Of a stretch of 64,000 bases of DNA, positions 9,781-19,392 are shown in pieces. The notes beneath the pieces were generated by a model. The model ran no database searches and was not told the origin of the DNA. It saw nothing but the letters and a program-made list of their open reading frames with translations. The DNA is from an uncultured Bacillota bacterium (GTDB lineage Bacteria > Bacillota_I > Bacilli_A > RFN20 > CAG-826): NCBI GenBank assembly GCA_949293555.1, contig CASFDV010000002.1, positions 279,812-343,811 of the forward strand. The letters run 5' to 3'. Position 1 is the stretch's first letter. Every line of letters starts with the position of its first letter. Both the position numbers and the translations under genes were made by a program.

Positions 9781-12189
9781 GTGGACAAAGAGTCTTTGGA
9801 TAAGAAAGCGGGAGAAATCCTCGCTAGTCTCACCGACCGGGAGAAATGCCTCCTCCTTTTCGGGAATGGGATGTGGAAGACCCACGGCATCAAGGGGAAA
9901 GGAGTGCCTGAAGTCGAAATGCACGATGGGCCTCTTGGGCTCCGGGTTCCGCTGGATGAGAAGACGTCCGGGTTCATGGAGCCAGTGGAAAAGGCGACAT
10001 GCTTTCCTTCGCCCGCGCTTCTTGCCTGTTCCTGGGATCCGGCGCTTCTTGAATCTGTCGGCTCGATGGTTGCCAAGGAGGCGATCACCCTCCATACCGA
10101 CCTTCTCCTAGCCCCAGGCATCAATATCAAAAGGAACCCTCTGTGCGGCCGTAATTTTGAATATTTCAGCGAAGATCCTCTTCTTGCCGGGATTTTGGGC
10201 GCTTCTTACATCAAAGGGGCCCAAAAGGAGGGCGTAGGCACCTGCCTGAAGCATTTCGCGCTGAACAACCAGGAGCACAACCGCTTCGCCTATAGCGCGG
10301 AGGTTGATGAAAGGACGATGAGGGAATTCTACCTACGGCCATTCGAAATTGCGGTCAAGGAGGGTCAGCCCTGGGCCGTGATGGCAGCCTATAACCGTGT
10401 GAACGGGACCTTCTGCTCAGATAACTCCTATCTTCTTGAGGACGTTCTTTTCGGCGCATGGAACTTCCAGGGCCCCGTCATCAGCGACTGGGGCGGAACT
10501 GCCGACCCAGTCCGTTCGCATGATTTCGGCCTTTCCTTGGAAATGCCCTGCTCCTTCAGCCGCCTGCCGGAGCTTCGGAGGGCATTGAGGAAGGGGGAGC
10601 TCTCGAGAAGCAAGCTGGACGAAGCCTCCCTTCGCATGATCAAGCTTTCTTTGTTAGCCGCGAGCCGGCCGAAGGAAGCCGAAGGGTGGCGCTTTGCGGA
10701 TTCCCATGCGCTTGCGAGAAAGGCCGCCGCCGAGTCCATCGTCCTTGCCCGGAACGAACGGAACATCCTTCCCCTGAAGGACTATGAGGACTGCGCGGTA
10801 ATTGGCGGAATTGCCGAAAGGATGCCGTTCCAAGGAAAAGGGTCGAGCAGGGTGACCGCCCAGGCCGCGACGAATTTCCTTTCCGCGATTCCGGACGAGG
10901 ACATCGCCTACGCGCAGGGCTATCCAATGGGGCTCCCGAACGAGCTTTCGGCCCAGGAACTAATGCAAGAGGCGGTCGAGGTCGCTTCCAGGGCGAAGAA
11001 CGTAATCCTTTTCCTAGGCCTTCCGGAAGGAATCGAAAGCGAAGGGGATGATCGAAAGGACATGAGGCTTCCGCCCGATCAGATGGCCCTATTTGAGGCT
11101 GTGAGGGCAATTAACAGGAACACGGTAGTCGTCCTTGTCGGAGGAGCACCGGTAGAACTCGGCAGCTTGCTTGATAGCCCTGGGCTCGTCCTTTCCTATC
11201 TTGGAGGGGAAGCTGGAGCGGAAGCGATCGACGACGTCTTGTCCGGGAGGGTCAATCCATCCGGGAAGCTTGCTGAGACCTGGCCTCTTCGGTATTCCGA
11301 CGTTCCCAGCTCCTCCTACTATGGAAAGGAGATCCGGACGGCCCCCTACATGGAATCCTTCTTCGTGGGCTACCGCTATTTCTGCTCTTCGAAGGTTGTT
11401 CCGGGATTGCCCTTCGGGCACGGGCTCAGCTACACGGAGTTCTCATACCGGGGAGCACGGCTGAACCTGGAGACCAAGACGATCGAGATCGATTTGGAGA
11501 ATGCTGGGAGCAGGCCTGGCGAAGAAGTCGTCCAGGTTTATGCCCGATATGAGGGAAAGGATGCGCTTATGCCGGAACGGCAGCTTTGCTGCTTTGGGAA
11601 AGTCGCTCTGCTCCCAAAGGAACATAAGACAGTATCTCTACAAATCCCTGATAGAACTTTTGAAATCTGGGATTCTTCCTCCCATTCCTTCAAGAAACTC
11701 GCAGGGAAATATTCCTTGCTAGTCGGCTCCTCCAGCAGCGATATCAGGCTTGAGCCCATTCCTTTCGAGGTGCCTCGCGACAAGGATTCCTATAAGGCGG
11801 ACAAAACTTATCTTTCGTCCCTGAAAGCCTATTTCGATTTCCGCAAGAAAGGCGTCCTCGAGGTGGATCAGGATAGTTTTTCCGCTTTGCTTGGGAGGCA
11901 TCCGACTCCGGATATCGCGAGTTCGCCACGTCCCTTCGATTTGAACTCTACGATCCGCGAGCTTGAGGATTGCCGCTTCGGAAAATTCATCGGCGGCATT
12001 ATCAGGAAGCGTTTCCGTGGCAAGAGCGAGGCCGAGCTTTCCGCCGCCATCGACGTTCCTATCCGCATGGTCTCGGTTTTCTCCAGCCCTAAGTTCGCCG
12101 GTTTCGTCGTCGAATGTTGCAACGGGCGCTTCTTGCATGGCTTCGTTCGTCTTTTTATAGGAACGAGGGGGATGAGGTTCCGGGCCTAG
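9781..12189 (+). CDS. Glycoside hydrolase family 3 (beta-glucosidase)
   Basis: DGPLGLR, PGINIKRNPLCGRNFEYFSEDP, KHFALN, SDWG nucleophile, Fn3-like C-domain; start GTG 9781 with SD (ATG 9751 alternative). Confidence 0.9.
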   Translation: MDKESLDKKAGEILASLTDREKCLLLFGNGMWKTHGIKGKGVPEVEMHDGPLGLRVPLDEKTSGFMEPVEKATCFPSPALLACSWDPALLESVGSMVAKEAITLHTDLLLAPGINIKRNPLCGRNFEYFSEDPLLAGILGASYIKGAQKEGVGTCLKHFALNNQEHNRFAYSAEVDERTMREFYLRPFEIAVKEGQPWAVMAAYNRVNGTFCSDNSYLLEDVLFGAWNFQGPVISDWGGTADPVRSHDFGLSLEMPCSFSRLPELRRALRKGELSRSKLDEASLRMIKLSLLAASRPKEAEGWRFADSHALARKAAAESIVLARNERNILPLKDYEDCAVIGGIAERMPFQGKGSSRVTAQAATNFLSAIPDEDIAYAQGYPMGLPNELSAQELMQEAVEVASRAKNVILFLGLPEGIESEGDDRKDMRLPPDQMALFEAVRAINRNTVVVLVGGAPVELGSLLDSPGLVLSYLGGEAGAEAIDDVLSGRVNPSGKLAETWPLRYSDVPSSSYYGKEIRTAPYMESFFVGYRYFCSSKVVPGLPFGHGLSYTEFSYRGARLNLETKTIEIDLENAGSRPGEEVVQVYARYEGKDALMPERQLCCFGKVALLPKEHKTVSLQIPDRTFEIWDSSSHSFKKLAGKYSLLVGSSSSDIRLEPIPFEVPRDKDSYKADKTYLSSLKAYFDFRKKGVLEVDQDSFSALLGRHPTPDIASSPRPFDLNSTIRELEDCRFGKFIGGIIRKRFRGKSEAELSAAIDVPIRMVSVFSSPKFAGFVVECCNGRFLHGFVRLFIGTRGMRFRA

Positions 12190-13128
12190 ATGCTGATCAC
12201 TTCCCTTCTGATCCGCCATTCGTTAGCAAGGCTTCATCGCGCGAGGAGCGATAACAGCCCGGCGTTTCCTTTCTATGGCCCGGCCTCACTGGGGTTGAAG
12301 GAACAGCCGTTCTCCTTCCGTTCGGGACCTTGGCTCCTCAGGGGATCTTTCTATTGGAAGGGTGATGCCTTTCCCGAGAAACCTTTGGTCGTCTTTTTCC
12401 ATGGGCTTGGGAGCGGGCGTATCGCCTATTTGCGACTGATTGCCGCCTATGCGGAAGAAGGCTACGCGATCGCTTCCTTCGACTACACGGGCTGTGGCGA
12501 AAGCGAAGGTCCTTGCATCTATGGTCTAGGACATGTCCTCAAGGATGTTCGTTCCTTCTTTGGGTGGCTGCGTTCGCAGAATAAATACGGCCCCTTCCCT
12601 TTCGTATATTCCGTTGGCCATTCCTGGGGCGGCTTTGCCTCTCTTCTTTCCACGGGTGAACCTGAAGTGAAAAAGGCTGTTTCCTTCGCCGGCTTCCTTT
12701 CTTACTCCGACATCGTCCTAAAGTACTTTCCAAAGAGGCTGCAGGGAATGCTTCGGCCCGCGGTGCGGCTTGCGCTCCTCCTTGATGGAGGGCGTTTCGG
12801 GAATCCCTCAGCAGGTAAAGTTTTTTCTAGTTCTTTAGCGAAGGTTCTTTATATCCAGGGAACCGAGGACGAAATGGTTCCGCCTTCTTGCGGGATCACT
12901 CGCATTGAAAAACTAGGCATTTGCCAAGGAAGGGTCCGGACGGTCGCTGTTCCTTGTATGGGCCATCAGCCTTATTTGGCCAGGGAGGCCGAGCGCCATT
13001 ACATGGATTGCTTGAAACGCGGCGAAGGTTCGCTTCACGAAAAGGAAGGCGGGCCCATGAACCTTGAGCTCGCCACACGCCTGGACCCTGCGGTCATGAA
13101 AGTCTCATTCGACTTTCTTAAGGAGTAG
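12190..13128 (+). CDS. Alpha/beta fold hydrolase
   Basis: HGLG oxyanion loop, GHSWGG nucleophile elbow, QGTEDEMV, GH. Confidence 0.85.
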   Translation: MLITSLLIRHSLARLHRARSDNSPAFPFYGPASLGLKEQPFSFRSGPWLLRGSFYWKGDAFPEKPLVVFFHGLGSGRIAYLRLIAAYAEEGYAIASFDYTGCGESEGPCIYGLGHVLKDVRSFFGWLRSQNKYGPFPFVYSVGHSWGGFASLLSTGEPEVKKAVSFAGFLSYSDIVLKYFPKRLQGMLRPAVRLALLLDGGRFGNPSAGKVFSSSLAKVLYIQGTEDEMVPPSCGITRIEKLGICQGRVRTVAVPCMGHQPYLAREAERHYMDCLKRGEGSLHEKEGGPMNLELATRLDPAVMKVSFDFLKE

Positions 13129-13146
13129 GGGTATATTTCGCCACGT

Positions 13147-13231
13147 GCACTGGTGGCGGAATTGGTATACGCGCTAGTCTCAGGAGCTAGTCGGGAAACC
13201 GGTGTGAGTTCGACTCTCATCCAGTGCACCA
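13147..13231 (+). tRNA. tRNA-Leu(CAG)
   Basis: Long variable arm; anticodon arm CTAGT-CTCAGGA-GCTAG; CCA. Confidence 0.93.
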
Positions 13232-13236
13232 TGTTT

Positions 13237-13313
13237 GCGCCCGTAGCTCAGATGGATAGAGTGCAACCCTCCGAAGGTTGAGGTCAGGCGTTCGACTCGC
13301 CTCGGGCGCGCCA
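13237..13313 (+). tRNA. tRNA-Arg(CCG)
   Basis: Anticodon arm CAACC-CTCCGAA-GGTTG; A20, G73; CCA. Confidence 0.95.
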
Positions 13314-13324
13314 ATGTGTGATAT

Positions 13325-13348
13325 ATCCCGATTCTATCGGGATTTTTT
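13325..13348 (+). terminator. Terminator after tRNA-Leu/tRNA-Arg
   Basis: ATCCCGA-TTCTA-TCGGGAT plus T run. Confidence 0.7.
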
Positions 13349-13361
13349 CTACAATAAATGT

Positions 13362-13395
13362 ATAGACAAAAGTCTATTAATAGACAACAATCTAT
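13362..13395. promoter_or_regulatory. Tandem palindromic operator, probably for the adjacent TetR
   Basis: ATAGAC-AAAA-GTCTAT (13362-13377) and ATAGAC-AACA-ATCTAT (13380-13395) immediately before the tetR ATG. Confidence 0.6.
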
Positions 13396-13397
13396 TT

Positions 13398-13904
13398 ATG
13401 GCAGAAAAGGACAGACGATTCCGGAAGAGCGAGACCTCGATGCTGACTGCCTACGTTTTGCTTCGGGCAAAAGGGCCGGTCACGGTTTCCGATGTTGTTC
13501 GGAAGGCTGATGTAAGCAAGGCTACTTTCTATCTTCATTACCCGTCCTTAAGAGAACTTGCGGACGCTGCTCTCGACTCATTGATTTCCAATGTCGCGAC
13601 TATCTTGGGCAATGAAGCAAGCGTAGAGCTTCTGATAAACGCCTTGTCCGGGGAGTCTCGCCTCTTGAAGGCAATTCTTGCTGAGAATGCCTCTTCCTTG
13701 GCGGATGCCCTTCTTCATGCATTCCCATTGGTCTTCGACCCCCTACTGGACAAGGCTCTTACCTCTGCCGATCAAAGGAGACAGGCCCGTTGCTTGGCCT
13801 ATTCCTTGGTGGGCTACTTGCAGGCTTCGATTTCCGCGCGGCAAAAGCCCAGCTATGAAGCTTGGGCCAGGATGATGTCGGGTGCTCGTTTTGAAGTGAT
13901 ATAG
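13398..13904 (+). CDS. TetR/AcrR family transcriptional regulator
   Basis: DRRFRKS...VTVSDVVRKADVSKATFYLHY HTH; start moved to ATG 13398. Confidence 0.85.
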   Translation: MAEKDRRFRKSETSMLTAYVLLRAKGPVTVSDVVRKADVSKATFYLHYPSLRELADAALDSLISNVATILGNEASVELLINALSGESRLLKAILAENASSLADALLHAFPLVFDPLLDKALTSADQRRQARCLAYSLVGYLQASISARQKPSYEAWARMMSGARFEVI

Positions 13905-13914
13905 TTACCGGGCC

Positions 13915-14000
13915 GCCCGTGTGGCGAAACGGTAGACGCAGCGGACTCAAAATCCGCCGAGCCAAAACTCATGCCGGTTCGAGTCCGGCCACGGGCACCA
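13915..14000 (+). tRNA. tRNA-Leu(CAA)
   Basis: Anticodon arm GCGGA-CTCAAAA-TCCGC; long variable arm; CCA. Confidence 0.93.
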
Positions 14001-14070
14001 CTCCGAAGAGGGGTGTTTTCTTTTATCTGCCTATAGGAAAAGCAGTAGCCTGTGCGGTATAAATCAAGCC

Positions 14071-15447
14071 ATGAGCATTGTCGCTGGAGCCCTTCTCCCC
14101 CATCCCGTACTCAGCATCCCAGAAGTAGGGAAAGGGGAAGAACGTTCTATTTCTGCGGTTGTGGAGGCTATGGGGGAGATCGCGAAGAAACTCGCCTCGC
14201 TTAAGCCTGACACTATCGTGATCATTTCCAGCCACTCCGAGGGCTATCGGGACTACTTCCAGCTTTTCGACGGTGAGGTCGGCATTGGTTCGATGGCGGG
14301 TTTCGATGCCTCTGACATCAATTTCCGCGTTCTTTATGACAAGCAGTTCGTCCGGACTCTGGCCGAACTTGCTCGCAAAGGGACGTTTCCTGCCGGAACG
14401 ATGGGGGACAAAGGAAGCTTCCTGGATTACGGGGTCATGGTGCCTCTTTATTTCCTGCAGAAAGAAATGCCCTCGGTACGTATCGTCCGCCTCGCGATTT
14501 CCTCCCTTCCTTTTCTCAGCCACTATCTCCTTGGGAAAATAGTTGCCGAAGCCAGCCAGCGCCTGGGCAGGAGAACGGTCGTCGTGGCGTCGGGGGACTT
14601 ATCCCATCACCTATCGAAGAATGAAGATGCTTCTATATCTGAATTGGCCGCGCAATACGAGGAAGCCATGCAAAAGTCCCTTAAAAATGGTAATTTCCTC
14701 GATTGGCTGACCGTCGATCCATCGATTCTCGCTGCTGCAGGGGAGTGCGGGCACCGTCCTCTTCTGATCATGGCAGGAGCATTGGACGGACGGCATTTGA
14801 AGGTGCTCCACCACAGCCATGAGGTGTACCTTGGGACTGGCTATTCCACGGCTTGCTACGTCGCGGAGGGCAGCGATCCGACAAGGAGGTTCGACTCTCT
14901 CTACTTGAGCCGGGAAGCATTTGTCTGCTCCAACGCAAGGGCGAAGAGCGACAAGGTCGCCGCCTTGGCAAGAAAAGCGATTGAGGTGTGGGTCTCCCAG
15001 CAGGCAAGGATCGCCTCCCCTGAGGAAGAGCCGTTCTCCTTGCCCGCCAAGCCGGTTTTCGTCACGATCCGCGTGCATGGCTCTATGCACGGCTGCATCG
15101 GGGCGATAAGGCCTATTCGGTCGAAAATGGGAGAGGAAATCATCGAGAGCGCGATTTCCTCCGCGAAAGACTCGCGTTTCCCTCCTCTAACGAAGGAAGA
15201 CCTGCCTTATCTCGATGTTACGGTCGACGTCCTCGGATCCCTTCAAAGAATCCATTCCATTTACAAGCTGGACCCGAAGAAATACGGGGTCTACGTACAA
15301 AGCGGGAAGAGGCACGGCTTCGTCCTGCCTCGACAGGAAGGCGCCACGACGATCGAAAGCCAGCTTGCCGCTGCGAAAAGAAAGGCCGGCATCGAGTTCG
15401 ACGAGCCCGTCACCCTCTACCGCATACCTTCGAACCAGCACCGATAG
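14071..15447 (+). CDS. AmmeMemoRadiSam-type fusion: LigB/MEMO-like N-domain plus AMMECR1 C-domain
   Basis: PHP...ASGDLSH...GECG (LigB/MEMO-like); FVTI....HGCIG...DSRF...VDVL...LDPKKYGV (AMMECR1). Confidence 0.85.
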   Translation: MSIVAGALLPHPVLSIPEVGKGEERSISAVVEAMGEIAKKLASLKPDTIVIISSHSEGYRDYFQLFDGEVGIGSMAGFDASDINFRVLYDKQFVRTLAELARKGTFPAGTMGDKGSFLDYGVMVPLYFLQKEMPSVRIVRLAISSLPFLSHYLLGKIVAEASQRLGRRTVVVASGDLSHHLSKNEDASISELAAQYEEAMQKSLKNGNFLDWLTVDPSILAAAGECGHRPLLIMAGALDGRHLKVLHHSHEVYLGTGYSTACYVAEGSDPTRRFDSLYLSREAFVCSNARAKSDKVAALARKAIEVWVSQQARIASPEEEPFSLPAKPVFVTIRVHGSMHGCIGAIRPIRSKMGEEIIESAISSAKDSRFPPLTKEDLPYLDVTVDVLGSLQRIHSIYKLDPKKYGVYVQSGKRHGFVLPRQEGATTIESQLAAAKRKAGIEFDEPVTLYRIPSNQHR

Positions 15448-15473
15448 ATGGCGCTTGTGCTAGAGTAGACGCG

Positions 15474-16118
15474 ATGTCTATTTGGAACAAGCTTAGGTAC
15501 GCGAACTGGAAACGGCTCCTTGCGATCGTTTTTTCAATCATCGCTCTCGTTGGTTCGATCACAGGCTACGCGATCACCATGATCAATAGCGCTGGGGGCG
15601 GTTCCCTGGACAAGTTCACGAACATGGCCCTCGAGACCTTGAGCGTCATCGTGATGCTTCTGGTCGCCTACTACCTTCTCGACGGAAACGTCCGGAACTC
15701 GAATTCCGCCTACAGGGGAGTGCTCAGCTTCGTCATGATCATGGCGCTCAACGGCGTCCTGGACATCCTCGACTGCATCATCCAGATCGCTGCGGGCGGC
15801 TTCCTGACAGTATTCTTCTATTCCGTCTCGATCATCCTTGCCCTGGCCTCAGCGATCACCGGTTTCATCCTCTATCGGAAGATCATGGCCTACCTCGCCG
15901 GCTCCTATATGGCGCCCGCCTACAAGAACCTCCTGGGATGGACGATCTCTTTCGTCATCATCTGCGTCCTTTACTCGCTCACCGTGGTCGGCCTTTCCAT
16001 CGAATTCCTTGTAATGGACCCCGCGTCTTTGTACGGGTGGGCCGCCTTCGTATCTGTTCTTCCCAACATCGCCTTCCCTCTCGCGATTTTGTTCACCACG
16101 ATGCGGCTCGCCCATTGA
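15474..16118 (+). CDS. Hypothetical integral membrane protein
   Basis: 214 aa, about six hydrophobic segments. Confidence 0.7.
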   Translation: MSIWNKLRYANWKRLLAIVFSIIALVGSITGYAITMINSAGGGSLDKFTNMALETLSVIVMLLVAYYLLDGNVRNSNSAYRGVLSFVMIMALNGVLDILDCIIQIAAGGFLTVFFYSVSIILALASAITGFILYRKIMAYLAGSYMAPAYKNLLGWTISFVIICVLYSLTVVGLSIEFLVMDPASLYGWAAFVSVLPNIAFPLAILFTTMRLAH

Positions 16119-16160
16119 GCGTCCTTCCAAGAAGGTGCCTTTCCCTCTATAATCCTCGCC

Positions 16161-16256
16161 CGTGAGGGGAGTAGCGGTTCGCCAAGCTCGACATCCCGCC
16201 GGAACGGATCCGGCCGGGCTTGACGGGGTGCACCAGCCCACGCCAGACCTCCAACG
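16161..16256 (+). promoter_or_regulatory. yybP-ykoY (Mn2+) riboswitch
   Basis: GAGGGGAGTAGC ... CCAGACCTC hallmark segments, downstream of TATAAT (16148-16153), upstream of a P-type ATPase. Confidence 0.75.
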
Positions 16257-16277
16257 CCTTTCGGCAAAGGAGTGAGC

Positions 16278-18992
16278 ATGTTCGAGAACAGAAGCCCCAA
16301 AGATGTTCTGGCCGAGCTTTCGGTTGACCCGTCCTTAGGCCTTGATGTCAAGGAAATCGAAAGAAGACGCGCCCTTTACGGAGAAAACAAGCTTCAAGAA
16401 GGGAAGAAGAAAGGCCCTCTGGCCATCTTCTTCGGCGAATTCAAGGATCCGATGGTCATTGTCCTTTTCGTGGCCGCGCTCATTTCGATGATCGTCGGCA
16501 TCGTCCAGAAGGACTATGAGCAATTCATCGACGTGGGGATCATCATGGCCGTCGTCGTCATCAACGCCATCATCGGCACCATCATGGAGACGAAGGCCGA
16601 GAAGGCGCTGGAGGCGCTCAAGAAGCTTTCCTCGCCGACCGCGACCGTCCGCAGGGAAGGGAAGATCATCGAGGTCAAGGCGAGCGAGCTCGTCCCTGGG
16701 GACATCGTCATCCTTGAAGAAGGCCGGACCGTCCCTGCCGACCTCAGGCTTCTGAAGAGCTTCTCCATGAAGAGCGACGAGTCCTCTCTCACCGGCGAAT
16801 CCCTTCCGGTCGAGAAGGACGCCGACCTTGTCCTCACGGAGGAAGTCGGCCCCGGCGACCGCTTGAACGTCTGCTACATGTCCACTCCCATCGTCTATGG
16901 GCGCGGGGAGGGCGTCGTCATCGCCACCGGCATGAACACGGAGATCGGACGGATCGCCTCTTCCCTTGACCAAGGGGGCGAGGAACAGACGCCTCTCCAG
17001 AAGCAGCTTGCGAAGCTTTCGAAATTCCTCGGCATCCTTGCCGCCGGCGTCGTCGCCCTCATGCTCGTCGTCAGCCTTCTTTATAGCGCCTTCCTCACCC
17101 AGGATATCGCGACCGCCTGGATCGGCGACCTCATGGACAGCGTCTCCCTTGCCGTCGCCGCGATCCCCGAAGGCCTGCCTGCCGTTGTCACGATCGTCCT
17201 CGCGCTTGGCATGTCGAAGATGGTCAAGGTCAACACGAACGTGCGGCGGCTCGCATCCGTGGAGACACTGGGCGCCGTCTCCGTCATCTGCAGCGACAAG
17301 ACCGGCACGCTTACCGAGAACAAGATGACCGTCGTGGGAGCCTATCTTCCCGGGAAGATATTCAAGGGAGAGGAGCTTTCGGGCGACTCTCTTCTCGTCC
17401 TTGCGAAGGGGATGTGCCTTTGCTCGGACGCTTCCATCGAACAGGGCGTCTACGGCGATCCCACAGAGGTCGCCCTCGTCCGCTTCGCCGATTCCCTCGG
17501 GATGAAGAAGAGCGAGCTCGAACGCTTGGAGCCTCGCGTGGACGAGCTTCCTTTCGACTCGGTCCGCAAGATGATGTCCACCCTGAACGAAGGCGAGGGG
17601 GGCAGGAAGCTCTATACCAAGGGCGCGATCGACCAGATCCTCGTCCGCTGCACCAGCATCCTCGACGGGGGAGTCTCCCGGCCCATCACGGAAGAGGACG
17701 TCCGGCTAGCCCAGGAGGCCTCCGGCTCGATGAGCGCCGACGCCCTCCGCGTCCTCGCCCTTGCCATCGGCGAGGAGGGGGAGGTCAAGGAAGAGGGCCT
17801 GACCTTCGTCGGCCTCGTCGGCATGGTCGATCCTCCAAGGGAGGCCGCCAAGCCCGCTGTCCTGCGCCTCCGCCACGCCGGAATCACGACCATCATGATC
17901 ACCGGCGACCACCGCGACACCGCCTTCGCGATCGCCAGGGAACTGGACATCGCCTCCTCCCCCGACCAGTGCATGACGGGGGCCGAGATCGACGCCTGCA
18001 CGCCGGAAGAGCTTCAGGAAAAGGTGGAGCATGTCCGCGTGTTCGCCCGCGTCTCCCCTGAGAACAAGGTCGCGATCGTCAAGGCGATCAAGGCCAACGG
18101 CAGGATCGTCGCGATGACCGGCGACGGGGTGAACGACGCCCCGAGCCTCAAGCAGGCCGACATCGGCATCGCGATGGGGATCACCGGCACGGACGTCGCC
18201 AAGGGCGCGGCCGACATGGTGCTCACCGACGACAACTTCGCCTCCATCGAGAAGGCCGTCGAGGAGGGGAGAGGCATCTACGCGAACATCCGGAAGACGA
18301 TCTTCTTCCTCCTCTCCTGCAACATCGGCGAAGTACTGGCGATGTTCGTCTCTGTCCTCATCGGCTTCCCTGCTCCGCTTGTGGCGGTTCATCTTCTCTG
18401 GGTCAATCTCATCACCGACAGCCTCCCGGCGGTCGCCCTCGGGGCGGACAAGAAGCCGGAAGGGATCATGGACGAGCAGCCGCGCGACCCGAAGGAGAAC
18501 GTCTTCGCCCGCGGCGGCTATCTCACTGTGTTCGGCTATGGGCTGGTCATCGCGCTTGCCACCATCATCGCCTTCCTCATCCCCGCCTTCAGCAGCGGGG
18601 CGTTCACCCATTCCGAGATCGTCAGCTATTTCTCCGTGGTCGACGAGGCGACCGGCATCCAGCTGAATCTCGAGGAATCCCAGTCGATGGCCTTCTGCGT
18701 CCTCTCGATCTCGCAGCTCTTCCATATGCTTGGGATGACCGATCCCGGCCATAGCGTCGTCCGCGTCCTCCGCGACAAGAACTGGCTTCTCTGGGGCGCC
18801 TTCTTCATCGGCATGGGCCTCCAGTTCCTCGTCATCGAGACCCCGGGGCTCAACAACTTCTTCAGCGTCTACACCTTGAGCGACCATCCGCTCGACTACC
18901 TCTATGTCTTCCTCCTTGCCCTCGCCCCCCTCGTCGCGCACGAGCTGTTCGTGCTCTGCCGCACGATCCATAGGCGAGCGCTTGCCCGCTAG
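16278..18992 (+). CDS. Cation-translocating P-type ATPase (type II, Ca2+/Mn2+)
   Basis: LTGES, AIPEGL, CSDKTGTLT, KGA, MITGD, TGDGVNDAP; SD AAGGAG. Confidence 0.95.
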   Translation: MFENRSPKDVLAELSVDPSLGLDVKEIERRRALYGENKLQEGKKKGPLAIFFGEFKDPMVIVLFVAALISMIVGIVQKDYEQFIDVGIIMAVVVINAIIGTIMETKAEKALEALKKLSSPTATVRREGKIIEVKASELVPGDIVILEEGRTVPADLRLLKSFSMKSDESSLTGESLPVEKDADLVLTEEVGPGDRLNVCYMSTPIVYGRGEGVVIATGMNTEIGRIASSLDQGGEEQTPLQKQLAKLSKFLGILAAGVVALMLVVSLLYSAFLTQDIATAWIGDLMDSVSLAVAAIPEGLPAVVTIVLALGMSKMVKVNTNVRRLASVETLGAVSVICSDKTGTLTENKMTVVGAYLPGKIFKGEELSGDSLLVLAKGMCLCSDASIEQGVYGDPTEVALVRFADSLGMKKSELERLEPRVDELPFDSVRKMMSTLNEGEGGRKLYTKGAIDQILVRCTSILDGGVSRPITEEDVRLAQEASGSMSADALRVLALAIGEEGEVKEEGLTFVGLVGMVDPPREAAKPAVLRLRHAGITTIMITGDHRDTAFAIARELDIASSPDQCMTGAEIDACTPEELQEKVEHVRVFARVSPENKVAIVKAIKANGRIVAMTGDGVNDAPSLKQADIGIAMGITGTDVAKGAADMVLTDDNFASIEKAVEEGRGIYANIRKTIFFLLSCNIGEVLAMFVSVLIGFPAPLVAVHLLWVNLITDSLPAVALGADKKPEGIMDEQPRDPKENVFARGGYLTVFGYGLVIALATIIAFLIPAFSSGAFTHSEIVSYFSVVDEATGIQLNLEESQSMAFCVLSISQLFHMLGMTDPGHSVVRVLRDKNWLLWGAFFIGMGLQFLVIETPGLNNFFSVYTLSDHPLDYLYVFLLALAPLVAHELFVLCRTIHRRALAR

Positions 18993-19052
18993 CGCTTTTC
19001 CCCTTTGCCAAGAGTGCGAGGAGGGCTTATAGTCTCCCCGCTCTCGGGCGAT

Positions 19053-19128
19053 GCCGTCTTAGCGCAACTGGCAGAGCAACTGAATCGTAATCAGTAGGTT
19101 GGGGGTTCGATTCCCTTAGACGGCACCA
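19053..19128 (+). tRNA. tRNA-Thr(CGT)
   Basis: Anticodon arm ACTGA-ATCGTAA-TCAGT; CCA. Confidence 0.93.
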
Positions 19129-19228
19129 TCGGAACGAGGCCCCGGCTCCCCGGGGCTTTTTCCTTCCTCCCCCCTTGATATCATCCGTAGGCTTGCTATA
19201 AAATCCGCCCTGCGTCCATGAGGCGCAC

Positions 19229-19304
19229 GGGTGCTTAGCTCAGCTGGGAGAGCGTCTGCTTGACGTGCAGAAGGTCAGGAGTTCGATCCTCTTAGCACCC
19301 ACCA
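19229..19304 (+). tRNA. tRNA-Val(GAC)
   Basis: Anticodon arm TCTGC-TTGACGT-GCAGA; CCA. Confidence 0.95.
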
Positions 19305-19392
19305 TCGAGAGAACGCGGGCTCGGCCCGCTTTTTTCGTCCCGAATCCCTCCTTTCTTGGTAATATCAAGGAAAGAGCAAGGAGGGGTTCGCC

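Noticed and set aside
7595..13313. Possible sense-codon reassignment of AGG or CGG, as reported in some uncultured Bacilli
   Set aside because: Both tRNAs keep Arg identity elements (A20, G73), and conserved Arg residues use these codons (AGG in PolC KRVELH; CGG in DeoD GDPLRAK).
13343..13372. Possible dif site in the AT-rich stretch after tRNA-Arg
   Set aside because: Only the left arm weakly resembles the Firmicutes consensus; the TTATGTAAACT arm is missing, and the TetR operator explains the symmetry better.
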